Source of the DNA: Phycisphaerae bacterium
GTDB taxonomy: Bacteria > Planctomycetota > Phycisphaerae > Sedimentisphaerales > SM23-30
Assembly (NCBI GenBank): GCA_016342495.1
Contig: JAEIOG010000008.1
Location: forward strand, 1-64,000
Reading direction: 5' to 3'
Length of the DNA stretch: 64,000 bases
In this document: positions 9,526-20,600 of the stretch, piece by piece
How the letters are laid out: each line of letters begins with the position of its first letter
How positions within the stretch are numbered: the first letter of the stretch is position 1
The notes under the pieces: generated by a model
Databases searched by the model: none
What the model was told of the DNA's origin: nothing
What the model saw: only the letters and a program-made list of their open reading frames with translations
Program-made: the position numbers and the translations under genes

Positions 9526-11445
9526 ATGAAAAATTTGATTTTTACTCTTATTCTCAGCATTATTTTTCTTAACAATTCTTTTAGTTTTGCCGCTTCCGAA
9601 CCAGATTTTCCCGGTAAAGTCTCCGATTTCCATGGATATGTCCGACATGACTTCCAATTCCAATCACACAATTGTATCATCGTCGAGCCCAAAACTCCAG
9701 CCGATGGCAATCCCTGGATTTGGCGGGCCCGCTTCTTTGGCCACGAACCTCAAACGGACAAATGTCTTTTGGCCCGTGGCTTCCACGTTGCTTTCATCGA
9801 TTGCCCCGACATGTTTGGCTCTCCCAATGCCGTCAAACTATGGGACGACTATTATAATTATCTGACCACCAAATTCAAATTCAATAAAAAACCCGCACTG
9901 GAGGGCATGAGCCGTGGCGGTTTATTTGTCTTTAATTGGGCCAAAGCCAACCCCGATAAGGTTTCCTGTATTTATGCCGATGCTCCCGTTTGTGATATCA
10001 GCAGTTGGCCCAGCTCTCAACGCAAAGTTTTATGGCAGGCCGCTCTCAAACAATATAATCTTACCGACCAAACCGTCGCCACCGCAAAAATTAATCCAAT
10101 AGACAATCTTGAACTCTTAGCTAAAGCTAAAGTCCCAATCCTTATCGTTGCAGGTGATGCCGACCAGGTCGTGCCTATCGAAGCTAATTCTTATATTTTC
10201 CGTGACCGTTACCAAAAACTCGATGGCCCCATCAAAATGATAGTAAAACCTGGCGTTGACCATCATCCCCATAGCCTTAAAGATCCAACCGAAATTGTAA
10301 AATTCATCGTTCAGCACACAAACGATTTAGACCGGATGTATTACATCCGTGACCAACTTCAAAACTCCCGCCTGAAATTCACCCGCGAAAAGAAGGGCAC
10401 CGTAGCCTTTCTGGGTGGCTCAATTACTTACAATCCCGGATGGCGGCCAATGGTTTGCGAATATCTTCAAAAAGAGTTTCCCGACACCGAGTTTACTTTC
10501 ATCGCTGCTGGCATCCCATCGCTTGGTTCTATCCCCGGTACCTTTCGCATGGATCGCGACATCCTTTCCAAAGGCAAAGTTGATCTGCTGTTTCAGGAAG
10601 CTGCCGTAAATGATAAAGTCAACAATCAGAATCCTGACCAGGTTACCTTCGCCATGTCCGGCATCGTTGAACATGCCCGCAGCGTCAATCCGGATATGGA
10701 CATCGTCTTTATGTACTTCGTTGATCCTGAAAAAATGAAATTTTACAATTCTGGCCAATCCTCACCGATTATCGATATTCATGAAAAAGTTGCCAGAAAA
10801 TACCATGTCAGCGGTATCAATCTGGCCCTGGAAGTTACCGACCGTATCAATACCGGCGAATTCACCTGGAAAGATGATTTTAAAAATCTCCATCCATCGC
10901 CATTTGGCCAAAAGATATATTTCAATAGCATCAAACGCTTCCTGGAACTGTGCTGGGCCAATCCCATTAAGTCATCTGACCGGATCATTGCCCATCAAAC
11001 CCCGCACACACCCAATTCATATAATCAGGCTCGGCTGGCCGATGTCCATGAAAACTGGCAGTCCGATGGTTTCAAAGTCGTCGAAAACTTCAAACCCACC
11101 GATGCCGCTACCCGCGATGGTTTTGTAAATATCCCTGTCCTGGAAGCCACTGAAACCGGCGCCGAACTTAAATACCAATTTAAAGGAAATGCCATTGGCC
11201 TGTTTGTCATTTGTGGCCCTGACGCCGGCAAAGCCCAGTATTCCATTGATGGCAAGCAATACCCCATTATCGATTTTTTTACACCATGGAGCCGTGGCCT
11301 TCATTTGCCTCGCGCCTATGTCTTAGCCGATGAACTCAGCGATGGCTCACATGAACTCATCTTAAAAATGATAGAAGACCAAAACCCAAGAAGCAAAGGC
11401 CACGCCTGCCGTATCGCTCATTTCCTGGTAAATTCCCCTAGGTAG
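9526..11445 (+). CDS. Secreted two-domain esterase with an N-terminal alpha/beta-hydrolase domain and a C-terminal SGNH/GDSL hydrolase domain (probable carbohydrate esterase)
   Basis: Signal peptide 'MKNLIFTLILSIIFLNNSFSFAASE'. 'LIVAGDADQVVP' is an alpha/beta hydrolase motif, and 'VAFLGGSITYNPGW' is the SGNH block-I GDS-like motif. Confidence 0.65.
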   Translation: MKNLIFTLILSIIFLNNSFSFAASEPDFPGKVSDFHGYVRHDFQFQSHNCIIVEPKTPADGNPWIWRARFFGHEPQTDKCLLARGFHVAFIDCPDMFGSPNAVKLWDDYYNYLTTKFKFNKKPALEGMSRGGLFVFNWAKANPDKVSCIYADAPVCDISSWPSSQRKVLWQAALKQYNLTDQTVATAKINPIDNLELLAKAKVPILIVAGDADQVVPIEANSYIFRDRYQKLDGPIKMIVKPGVDHHPHSLKDPTEIVKFIVQHTNDLDRMYYIRDQLQNSRLKFTREKKGTVAFLGGSITYNPGWRPMVCEYLQKEFPDTEFTFIAAGIPSLGSIPGTFRMDRDILSKGKVDLLFQEAAVNDKVNNQNPDQVTFAMSGIVEHARSVNPDMDIVFMYFVDPEKMKFYNSGQSSPIIDIHEKVARKYHVSGINLALEVTDRINTGEFTWKDDFKNLHPSPFGQKIYFNSIKRFLELCWANPIKSSDRIIAHQTPHTPNSYNQARLADVHENWQSDGFKVVENFKPTDAATRDGFVNIPVLEATETGAELKYQFKGNAIGLFVICGPDAGKAQYSIDGKQYPIIDFFTPWSRGLHLPRAYVLADELSDGSHELILKMIEDQNPRSKGHACRIAHFLVNSPR

Positions 11446-12022
11446 AAACAACTTCCACCATATTCATATAACACACATGTAGAGACAAGGCATGCCTTGT
11501 CTTTGACCAACCTTAAGGTGGCAAGGGTCCGCCAATAAGCGACCCCTTGGCCTGTATGCCGCCGTCAATGATGTTGTTAATCTTTCTGGATGGCTAATAA
11601 AATCTGCGCAATCCGCATGTGAGCAAGTTTATTTAGCGGCAAACCTAAAGTTATATTCGATATACACTTAACAAATGATTCATGCTAAAATTAAGTCTTC
11701 CGGGCTTGTAGTCACCAAATAACCATAAAAACCCAGCCCAACCAGTGATAATCAAAAACCAATTGCTTCAAAACAGGCTCTGCCAGCTTAAAAACCCACA
11801 AAACCATTTAAGTAATCATTAGCTCTTGCCCAATCAAATCTGCTCGATCCGTTAAAATTCGTGTCCTATTCTTATATTTTCCCCGCCACTAAAAAATCTC
11901 ACTCACATCCGCATTCTATATAAGTTATTTCACTAATTTTATACCAAATAATGCCCGATAAGAAATAATAACTATGTATCCCCGATATTTTTATCTCAGC
12001 AAATAAATGAAAGCAATTTATC

Positions 12023-14059
12023 ATGAAATCATTATCAAAAATTTTATTGTTGACTATAATTACCTTCTTATCATTTCCTGTTATTTCCCATGCTCAAAAC
12101 CGTTCCAGCTTGGAACTGATGTCCTTTGAACTTAATCGAATAGCCGGCGTTGAAACTATTAATTCAATTGCCGCCTTAGATCAGGGCCAGAAATTCCTTG
12201 ATTCACTCAATAGCAGTGAAACCTGGCTAACAGATCTGCTTGATAGCGGCCCGGTCCAAAATCCCAAACGCATACTCACAATGCTTCATCGTATCTGGCT
12301 GCAGGACAATTATATTGCCAATGATGATCTCAAACGTTCGTTTGCTACCGCATGTAGCCTGGCTATGGGTATGAATACCCGTCTGGACGAAGACTGGATG
12401 TTCAACCGTTATCAATATTTCCTCGATAGCTGGGACAATGGTCGACTCAATAAATGTTTCTCCGACCTTGCAACCTGGGAAAGGCGTTATATCGCCCGTG
12501 GCCCGCAATATTCCAGCTATTCCAGCGTAGAATCCCTGAAGTATCTCCAGCAGCGTATCTGTTTGCCTCGCAAAGATTATGTCGGGGCTTGTTGGCAGGC
12601 TCCTTATCGGGGCCATAACTGTTTTGGTGATAGCGTTCAGGGCCCCAAATATTATCAGCCTTTCCGCGGCTCCTTTTCCTGTGATCCAGAGATGGCAATT
12701 ACCGTTGGGGGTGTCTGTGGCGCTTTATCGAATCTTGGTACTGCCGCCGCTATCGCCAATGGCATTCCGGCTACTTCAATGGGCGAGCCGGGTCATTGTG
12801 CTTATGCCGTCAATACCGCCCCTGGCATTTGGACTCCCGCATATTCGCTTTCGTGGAAACGGGGCATGCATACATCTTTCTATCGTGGTACCTGGACTGA
12901 TCTTATGCTCGCCCAGGCTTGTTTTGAAAAACCCGATCTTGTCCATAAAGCCGCTAATCTCCAAAGGTTGGCCCATTGGAATGAAAGTCTGGGCAATATC
13001 AAAGATGCCGATCTTGCATTAGCTCAGGCAATTAAAACTCATCCGATGCACTATGCTATTTGGATTGACCGCGCCGAATTTGCCATCCGACATAAATTTG
13101 ATGCCAAATGGTGGAAAGCTTATCATGATGACATCCTTGAATTATTAGCTCCTGCTCATGAAGAACCCGCCTGGCATCTGCTCTCAAAGTATGTTTATGA
13201 CAATCTTACTACTAAAATGAGCAATGCCGCACGTACCGAAATATTCTTACAATATCTAAAGTCTTTTGATGATTTTGGAGCTGGCCGCTGGAATATCGAA
13301 TCTGCATGGTCCTGGATGACTGGCAAAGCTGGTGGCTCAAGCACTCAGAGAAAATTCCTTCGGCAGTTAGCCGATGCGACTATTACTTCCCCGGGACTGG
13401 GTGCTGCTTGTCTGGCCTGGGTTAAAAATTATTATGAAAAAGATGATCGGCAATGGCTGGAATTCCAGAATTGGCTTGTCGCCAGACTCGATAGTAATGG
13501 TGATGGTGCCGATAGTATCATCCGCCAACTGGGGCGTACCGCTATGCCGGCAGCCGCTAAACGTGGCGATCTTGCCTCCTATCAGGCTATTGGTAAACTT
13601 TGTTCCAGACTCTATAAGTCCACTGACACCAAAGGCATTGACCCATTTCCCGGCGAACTGCTAACCGAAGGCGGGGCGATGAATATATCTGGCATAGGTG
13701 AACATTATGATTCTCCAGAACAGCATTGGGGTGTCCTGAATATGCATGGCGGGGCATTGCACACTAATACCACAACCACACCTTGGGTCGAAGTGAAGCT
13801 TGGCAATTTTGGTCTGCTAAACGGAATTGTAATCCAGAATCGTCCTGGTGGTTTTATGTCACGTGCTAATGGTGCCCGTGTACTTGTCTCCACTGATGGT
13901 CAGGATTGGCAGCAGGTTGGCAAGCTCGAAGGGGCGAAACTTTTCTATCGCATTGACCTGAGCCAAACCAAACCTCAGGCTGGATATCTTCGCATCGAAC
14001 GCGATGGTCAATGCATGCACTTTGCCAGAATCTTAGCCTATGGCCAAAGAACCAACTAA
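12023..14059 (+). CDS. Secreted hypothetical protein with a C-terminal F5/8 type C (discoidin)-like domain; possible transglutaminase-like Cys/His core in the N-terminal half
   Basis: Signal peptide 'MKSLSKILLLTIITFLSFPVISHA'. The C-terminus 'VEVKLGNFGLLNGIVIQNRPGG...RVLVSTDGQDWQQVG' resembles discoidin. The 'GVCGALSNLG...GHCAYAV' reading is speculative. Confidence 0.5.
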   Translation: MKSLSKILLLTIITFLSFPVISHAQNRSSLELMSFELNRIAGVETINSIAALDQGQKFLDSLNSSETWLTDLLDSGPVQNPKRILTMLHRIWLQDNYIANDDLKRSFATACSLAMGMNTRLDEDWMFNRYQYFLDSWDNGRLNKCFSDLATWERRYIARGPQYSSYSSVESLKYLQQRICLPRKDYVGACWQAPYRGHNCFGDSVQGPKYYQPFRGSFSCDPEMAITVGGVCGALSNLGTAAAIANGIPATSMGEPGHCAYAVNTAPGIWTPAYSLSWKRGMHTSFYRGTWTDLMLAQACFEKPDLVHKAANLQRLAHWNESLGNIKDADLALAQAIKTHPMHYAIWIDRAEFAIRHKFDAKWWKAYHDDILELLAPAHEEPAWHLLSKYVYDNLTTKMSNAARTEIFLQYLKSFDDFGAGRWNIESAWSWMTGKAGGSSTQRKFLRQLADATITSPGLGAACLAWVKNYYEKDDRQWLEFQNWLVARLDSNGDGADSIIRQLGRTAMPAAAKRGDLASYQAIGKLCSRLYKSTDTKGIDPFPGELLTEGGAMNISGIGEHYDSPEQHWGVLNMHGGALHTNTTTTPWVEVKLGNFGLLNGIVIQNRPGGFMSRANGARVLVSTDGQDWQQVGKLEGAKLFYRIDLSQTKPQAGYLRIERDGQCMHFARILAYGQRTN

Positions 14060-14071
14060 AGGAATTGAAAT

Positions 14072-14992
14072 ATGAATAATCTCAAAAAAATTATAATACT
14101 TATCGCAATCGCTGTTTTAGCTTCAAATTCATGGGCTGGCGTATATTTCGCTAATTCTTATGAACAGGCATTTCAGGCAGCTAAAAAACATAACTCAATT
14201 GTCATTGTACTAGTCCATGGCAGCGATTGGAATGTCAAAGGCCAGAAAATCTATACCAGTTTATTTAAGACCAAAACTATCAATCGCTCTTCGGTGAAAG
14301 ATAATGTAGTTTTTACCGATGTCGATATTTTGCAATCGCCCTCGGAATTTCAAAAAACCAATAATGATCAACGTAACAAAGGTTTTAAACCTCAGGGTAT
14401 CCATTCATACCCTGCGATATGCTCTTATTTGCCTGATGGCACACTTCTAGCGGTAAAGCAGGGTCAGGACGTCCCTACTGAAGTTATAAAGGTGAACAAA
14501 ACAGTTATTACTTTAATAGAAGATTCTGCTAAATATCAAAACTTAAAAGCCACAGCCGACAAAGCTAACAAAGCTAAAGATACCAAGGCAGAACTTGCCG
14601 CTCTGACTGAATTAGCTCAATTACCGCTTAATCAACCGAAAGATATTCTCAAACGAATCAAAGAACTTGACCCGGCTGATACCGATGGCTTACAGGCGAG
14701 ATTGAGTTTTCCGCATTGGCAGAAACTTTTTGCTGATACTACCAGCAGAACTCAAAAAGGTCAGGGACCAGAAGTTGAAAAAGAACTAAATGAAATGCTG
14801 AAAAACAAAGTTTATACCAAAGAACAATTAGCTACAATTCATGTGGCTATTGGAATATGCCATCGTCATCAGGCCGGCCATGAAGCCCAGGCAGCGGTGG
14901 CATTTCAGCAGGCCGCCCAGATTGCTCCCGGTACTTTCCCGGCTGAAGTTGGGACTCGCTGCTATGAAGCTTGGTATAAGAAAACTAAATAA
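14072..14992 (+). CDS. Secreted hypothetical protein (306 aa)
   Basis: Signal peptide 'MNNLKKIIILIAIAVLASNSWA'. No family recognised. Confidence 0.45.
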   Translation: MNNLKKIIILIAIAVLASNSWAGVYFANSYEQAFQAAKKHNSIVIVLVHGSDWNVKGQKIYTSLFKTKTINRSSVKDNVVFTDVDILQSPSEFQKTNNDQRNKGFKPQGIHSYPAICSYLPDGTLLAVKQGQDVPTEVIKVNKTVITLIEDSAKYQNLKATADKANKAKDTKAELAALTELAQLPLNQPKDILKRIKELDPADTDGLQARLSFPHWQKLFADTTSRTQKGQGPEVEKELNEMLKNKVYTKEQLATIHVAIGICHRHQAGHEAQAAVAFQQAAQIAPGTFPAEVGTRCYEAWYKKTK

Positions 14993-15181
14993 TTTATGGC
15001 AATACCAAAAAAAAACATCAAGCTCCATTATCAAAGGGTTAGGATGTTTTGACGCTGGCGATTAATTTTGTGTAAATGTTGAAAAAATCGAGTCCCCAAA
15101 GTGCTCGAAAACGACATAAAATTGCACAAAATTACCGAAAATTACAAAAAATTACCAAAAAATAACATAAAAACCGAGCAA

Positions 15182-15208
15182 AAATGGGCGGTTTCGGGCC
15201 GCCCATTT
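15182..15208 (-). terminator. Bidirectional rho-independent terminator between convergent genes
   Basis: 10-bp perfect stem AAATGGGCGG / CCGCCCATTT with a 7-nt loop. It is flanked by T/A runs on both strands. Confidence 0.6.
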
Positions 15209-15222
15209 ACGTTTTTGTACTG

Positions 15223-17112
15223 TTACTTTACGGTTGGGTAAGTAATGGTTTTGCCTATGATTTTCCCATTTTGGCAGGTTACAACTTTTAGATCCTGAGC
15301 ATTTTTAGGAACGACTAAAGGCTTAGTGTACTGAGGATAAAAACCGTCAGGGTCAGCACCTTCGAAAGTGTAGTGGATAGTTAGTCCTTCTATTTCAGTA
15401 GAAAGGGTGATGATGGTTTGGTCATCTTTTTTGGTTGTCTTGAAAATGGGGTCGTAGATACTGCGGGCATACTTGATTTGACCGTAGTCCATTCGTTGGA
15501 AATGATTTTCTGCGCGGCTAACAAAATCTGGCCAGTTTTTATCTTCTTTTTGTGACCAGGCAGATTCTGCGATAGCTAAGCTTCGTGGCCAGGTCATATA
15601 TTGAGCATGTCGGAATTCAGAAATTTCTTCAGTCCATAAATTGCCTTGTATGCCCAGTATCAATTTTGCATCGATGCCATCCGGTACGGGTTCGAAATTA
15701 TAGGTATCGGTAAGTCGAGCCATATTATAAGTTTTGGGTTCGGCTGCCGGGTCACCTTGATACAGGTCAAGATAATAATAAGGTGAGGGTGTCATCACGA
15801 CTTCGTGGCCCATCTTGGCGGCTTTTATGCCACCGGCGGTGCCTCGCCATGACATGACCCGGGCGTTTGGAGCTAAGCCACCTTCGAGGATTTCGTCCCA
15901 GCCAATAAGTTTTTTGCCTTTGGAAGCAAGGATTTTTTCCATGCGTTTGATGAAGTAACTTTGCAGTTCATGTTCGTTTTTGATGTTATTATCTTTTTTG
16001 AATTGTTGACAGCGGGGGCATTTTGACCAGAAACCTTTGTGGGCTTCATCGCCACCGATATGGATATATGAATTTGGAAACAATTCTGCGATTTCGGCAA
16101 AGACATCATCGAGGAATTTATAGGTGAAGTCATTGCTGGGGCAGATAGTATTTTCGATTTGGCCATAGAATTTACTGCCTGGGTTAACGGTGAATGGTCC
16201 GCCACCGCAGGATAACTGAGGGTAAGCAGCCAGAGCGGCCATGGAATGGCCGGGAACATCGATTTCCGGAACGATAGTAATATGCCGTTTTGCTGCGTAA
16301 TCGACGATTTCACGGATTTCTTCCTGGGTATAGAAGCCACCATCGGTAGCTTTTTCATCGGGTTGGGGGGCATCAAAAGTCCACCAGTAGCCTTGGCGAG
16401 GAACACGGAAGGCGCCAATTTCGGTAAGTTTGGGATATTTTTTGATTTCGATACGCCAACCCTGGTCATCTGTTAGATGCCAGTGGAAGGTGTTGAATTT
16501 GTAGCGTGCCATCTGGTCGATGAAAGTTTTGACTTGTTCTTTTGTGTAGAAATGGCGACTGACGTCAAGCATGAGTCCGCGCCAGTCAAATCGTGGTGCA
16601 TCTGTGATCTCAACGCATGGTATGGTCCATTTTTTGTTTTTGATTATACTTTTAGATTCAATTTCCGGTGGTAAGAGCTGAAGTAAACTCTGGATAGCAT
16701 AGAAGGCACCTTGGGGGGAAGCAACTGTAATACCTATTTTTTCCGTGGAAACATCTAGTATATAGGCTTGTTCTTTTAAACTTCTTGATTGAAGTGCTAC
16801 ATTGTCCAGCAGAATAGAGTTTTTGGGAGTAGGGGTGTTATCCATGGATTTAGTGGCGATTTTGAGGTCAAAACCGGTAGCACGATTGAGTTGGCTGGCT
16901 AGATATTGGGCTTCAGAATTGAGAATTGAAGTATAGGTTAATATTTTGGTATCAGCATTAACCGTAAAAGAGCCGTTTTTTTCGCTGATAGAGTTGGGTT
17001 TAGGAATAACATTAATTTTCGCAAAAGTGCTGATAGAATTAAATAGTGACAGTGCGATAGCCGATATTATTACTGGTCGAGGAGCGAGTTTAATCATAAT
17101 TGCTTTCTCCAT
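15223..17112 (-). CDS. Beta-N-acetylhexosaminidase (glycoside hydrolase family 20), secreted
   Basis: Catalytic 'SYIHIGGDEAHKGFW' (H-x-G-G-D-E) motif of GH20. It has an N-terminal signal/TM segment and is 629 aa. Confidence 0.85.
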   Translation of the reverse strand: MEKAIMIKLAPRPVIISAIALSLFNSISTFAKINVIPKPNSISEKNGSFTVNADTKILTYTSILNSEAQYLASQLNRATGFDLKIATKSMDNTPTPKNSILLDNVALQSRSLKEQAYILDVSTEKIGITVASPQGAFYAIQSLLQLLPPEIESKSIIKNKKWTIPCVEITDAPRFDWRGLMLDVSRHFYTKEQVKTFIDQMARYKFNTFHWHLTDDQGWRIEIKKYPKLTEIGAFRVPRQGYWWTFDAPQPDEKATDGGFYTQEEIREIVDYAAKRHITIVPEIDVPGHSMAALAAYPQLSCGGGPFTVNPGSKFYGQIENTICPSNDFTYKFLDDVFAEIAELFPNSYIHIGGDEAHKGFWSKCPRCQQFKKDNNIKNEHELQSYFIKRMEKILASKGKKLIGWDEILEGGLAPNARVMSWRGTAGGIKAAKMGHEVVMTPSPYYYLDLYQGDPAAEPKTYNMARLTDTYNFEPVPDGIDAKLILGIQGNLWTEEISEFRHAQYMTWPRSLAIAESAWSQKEDKNWPDFVSRAENHFQRMDYGQIKYARSIYDPIFKTTKKDDQTIITLSTEIEGLTIHYTFEGADPDGFYPQYTKPLVVPKNAQDLKVVTCQNGKIIGKTITYPTVK

Positions 17113-17636
17113 AAAGGATTAGTGTAAATAACCTAATTTTAGTAAGGAAAGATTGATTTAAATATGAACAAAAGCATTATGGTTAAATAAAATCGCTTTT
17201 CAAGAGAAATTAATTTTATTTCGTAGAGGCTGGAAGGCCTTTAATTGCTATATATGAAAAGTAAGTTTAATAAAGACCTGGTGCTTATTGAATGAAAACT
17301 AGTTTGTGTGTATAGACGGCAAATTTTAAATATTTTTAAAAAAAATTGTAGCAGGTGCAGTCATAGTTATCTGCCTATTGTATAATTATTTACGAAAAAA
17401 TTAATTTACTACGCGAGCCAAAAATGCGAACTTTGGTACAGATGAAAATATTACTTGACGGTTGGCTAATATTGTAGTAAATTAGGCTTTAGGCCATACT
17501 CGGAGCAGAGAAACTCGCGTATGAGTTTAACTGCTTGTTGACAATGGGTTTATAGACTTGATTGAGAACCTACCTTAAGGCGGCACAACGCCGTAACTGA
17601 TGTATTAATACCACGTAGCTCTTCAGGAGAAAAAAG

Positions 17637-20600
17637 ATGTTATCTAAAAATAGTTTTATTTCCAAAAGACATTTTGCAATGGTTCTGTTGGCGTTTTTAG
17701 TGTTATTTGGCACTTTAAATGCGGAAATTACAGAAACCCAGGGTGATTGGGTAGAGCTAGGTTGGCGTTCGGCGTCAAGTGGTGGGGTGTCCTGGAATCT
17801 ATCTAACAATGCGGCAGAATCTACTATGGTATTAGGTCACGATGGTGATCCGATAGTATTTTGGGTAGAAGGTCCTGGGCAAAATGCCGGTGATAAAGGG
17901 GTAAATAAAACTCCGATTAATCAATATGCAACCTGTATTACTGAATTTGTTCAGCCATTGTATTATGAACACAGCTATGGATTTGAAGTTTATGGAATAG
18001 TAAATGCTCGTCAACATTGCGGCGACCTGGGCTGGTGGGATTTGCGAACAGGTTTGGGCGATGGTAATGGCTTGAATATATTAGGAACTCAGCTGGATGC
18101 AGCAGTGAAGCCTAATGGCGACATAGTTCTTTGTATGAAGGCAAATGGTAGTGTTGCCCAAGTTTATCTCTGGAATGGCAGCAATCTTGAGGATTTAGGA
18201 ATTGCCAGCGAAGGTGTGATAGACAGACCAAAAGTTGCAGTTGGTCCGACAGGAGAAATTTTTGTTTGCTATACAGCAATTCCCTGGGATGCACAGGGTA
18301 ATTTAGATTTTGAGCATACCGAGGTAGTAGTAAGAAAGTATACCTATAATTATACGGTAGACTCAGTGGGCGGTCCATCGGATGCGGATTTGGCCTGGGT
18401 AGAACTGCGTAATGCTGACATAGAAGATTTTACGGTTGAATGGAGCGGAGGGGTAAGTAATAGTGCGGGAGTGTCATTTGACCCTGCGATAGCAATCGAT
18501 GTTGATGGTTTGCCAGTAGTGGTTTGGACTGAAGTGGTAAGGCAGGGTAATGTCGAAGTTTTTGGTAAAAAATGGGATGGGCGTAACTGGAATGAAATCG
18601 GTTTGGGTTCAACAAGTGACCCGGATGGCGATTCAAATTTTGGTATCAGTTCTGACCCGACTCAGTCTTTGCAGCCTGATATTGCAATTACCGAAACAGG
18701 TAATTATATAGTTACATGGGTTAATTTTGGTGACTGGGCAAATAATTACTGGTCAAACCCGCAGGCAGCTGTTTATGTAAAGACTTTGTTTGTAAATTCG
18801 CAGGTTTGGGAAGAATATTCTGCTGGAAGTGCGACAGGATCAGGTATTGTTCCAGAGGGAGATACCTTAGGTGACCTTGCAGATGGTGAATTAGGTTTAG
18901 GCTGGTATTATGTTCCTGAGATAACTTTAGATAAAGATGGTTATCCATTGATTACCTTCGTCGGTTTTTGTATGCCAGAGCGTTTTGCTCATGATTTAGA
19001 TAATGATATGGTACCCGATTTTCCTGACTTGAGTTTTTATTGTATCAAGTATGATGGTGCCGGGTTCAATATGATATATGACAATCGTCGTGGTTCGGCG
19101 TCGGCTACGGTAGGTTCATCGTGGTCACCTTCGGCGATAATAAATGATAATGATGAACTTATTATTGCTTATGCAGAAGGAACGCGTCTGTTTAGTAATG
19201 AGATTTTTGTACAGAAATGGGATGCGGTAGAAGAGACCTGGATTGAACATGGTCGTGGTTCAATGAGTTTTGGTAATGATTTTGTAGGTGGCTATCCGTT
19301 TGGCGAATATCCGGTAGTTATTGGCGATCATTTCCGATATAACCCAATGTTTGATCCAGAATTCTTCATGGAAAGTAAAAGTCAGATCGCAATGGTGGAT
19401 TATAGCAATGATCCTACTGGCAAGATGGATGTATTGTTGGCAATCCCGGGTACACTGTATGAATATATGGTAGCAGATGATCCGATACCAAATGCCGGTA
19501 AGATGTATGTCTATCGTCGTGATACAGGCAAATGGAGCGATGAGCTACAAATAGATTTTGGTCGTACATTTGATCTGGTAAATTCACCGGAGAATTCATT
19601 TGAGATTGAAGGGTCGGCATTATTAGCTTATCTTGACGATGAGGATGGATTGCCATACGTTTATGAATTTCGTAATGGTGCCTGGAATTTGCTGGGTGGC
19701 GGGGCGGCAAGTGCCGATGCTGGAAATACTGAGATAGCCGGAACAGGTATCGCTACCGGTATCAGTGCACAAGTGGGACCAAATGGCCAGATATTATTAG
19801 CTTATCTGGCATCGGCTGACGCTGATACAGATGTAGTGAAGACACGTTTATGGGATCCGGGCAGTAGTTCATGGATAGATGCCGGTGATGGCGAATTGCC
19901 AAATGCGGGTGCTTTGAATGTGGCATATTATGATCATTTTGATATGCATAATTTTGGTTTATTGGATGAAGATGCTGATTTTGCAAGAGCCGATGATGTT
20001 GGTTCTATTACAGCCGGTGCGATAAATGCCCAGACAGGTGCAGAAGTTCATCCGTTTTATAGATGGGGCAATTGGGTTCAGTGGCGTAGAGGTTCACTGA
20101 TTGAAGAGCTAATTGGGGATTTGGCAGGGGCCGCAATAGTAGGTCCAGATGGAGCAAATCCACCATGGGGACCAGGAAGATATAATGAAAGCTTGATTAC
20201 AATAGAAAAAGTTGAAGGTGGTGATGATACGCAAGGGCCAGGCATGATAGGAAATGGCTGGGGTGCGGATCAGGCATTGAAAGTATCGTTTGAAATACCT
20301 GGCACTGCAGCAGGCCCTGGTCATAATATTGCAGTATCAGATGGAGCGGTATTGGCAGCGCGGATAACACGCGGTTTTAAGATGGCAGCGGAAGACCATG
20401 TAATGGTTGAGATGTGTTATGCTTTTGATACGGATGACTTTTTTACAGCGAATGGTGAGCCAGAAGAAGATGGCACTGTAGTAGTGAATAAGCGTCCACT
20501 GATTACCGGTAATTTATATATTTATGGTTTGATTGACGAAGTTGATGGCGATGTAACAACAGCAAAATGGCTGGATGGTGATCCGTCAACTCCGATAGAT

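Noticed and set aside
15060-15180. 'AAAATTACC'-type reiterations as DnaA boxes
   Set aside because: They do not match TTATCCACA-type consensus; this is an A-rich low-complexity spacer next to a terminator.
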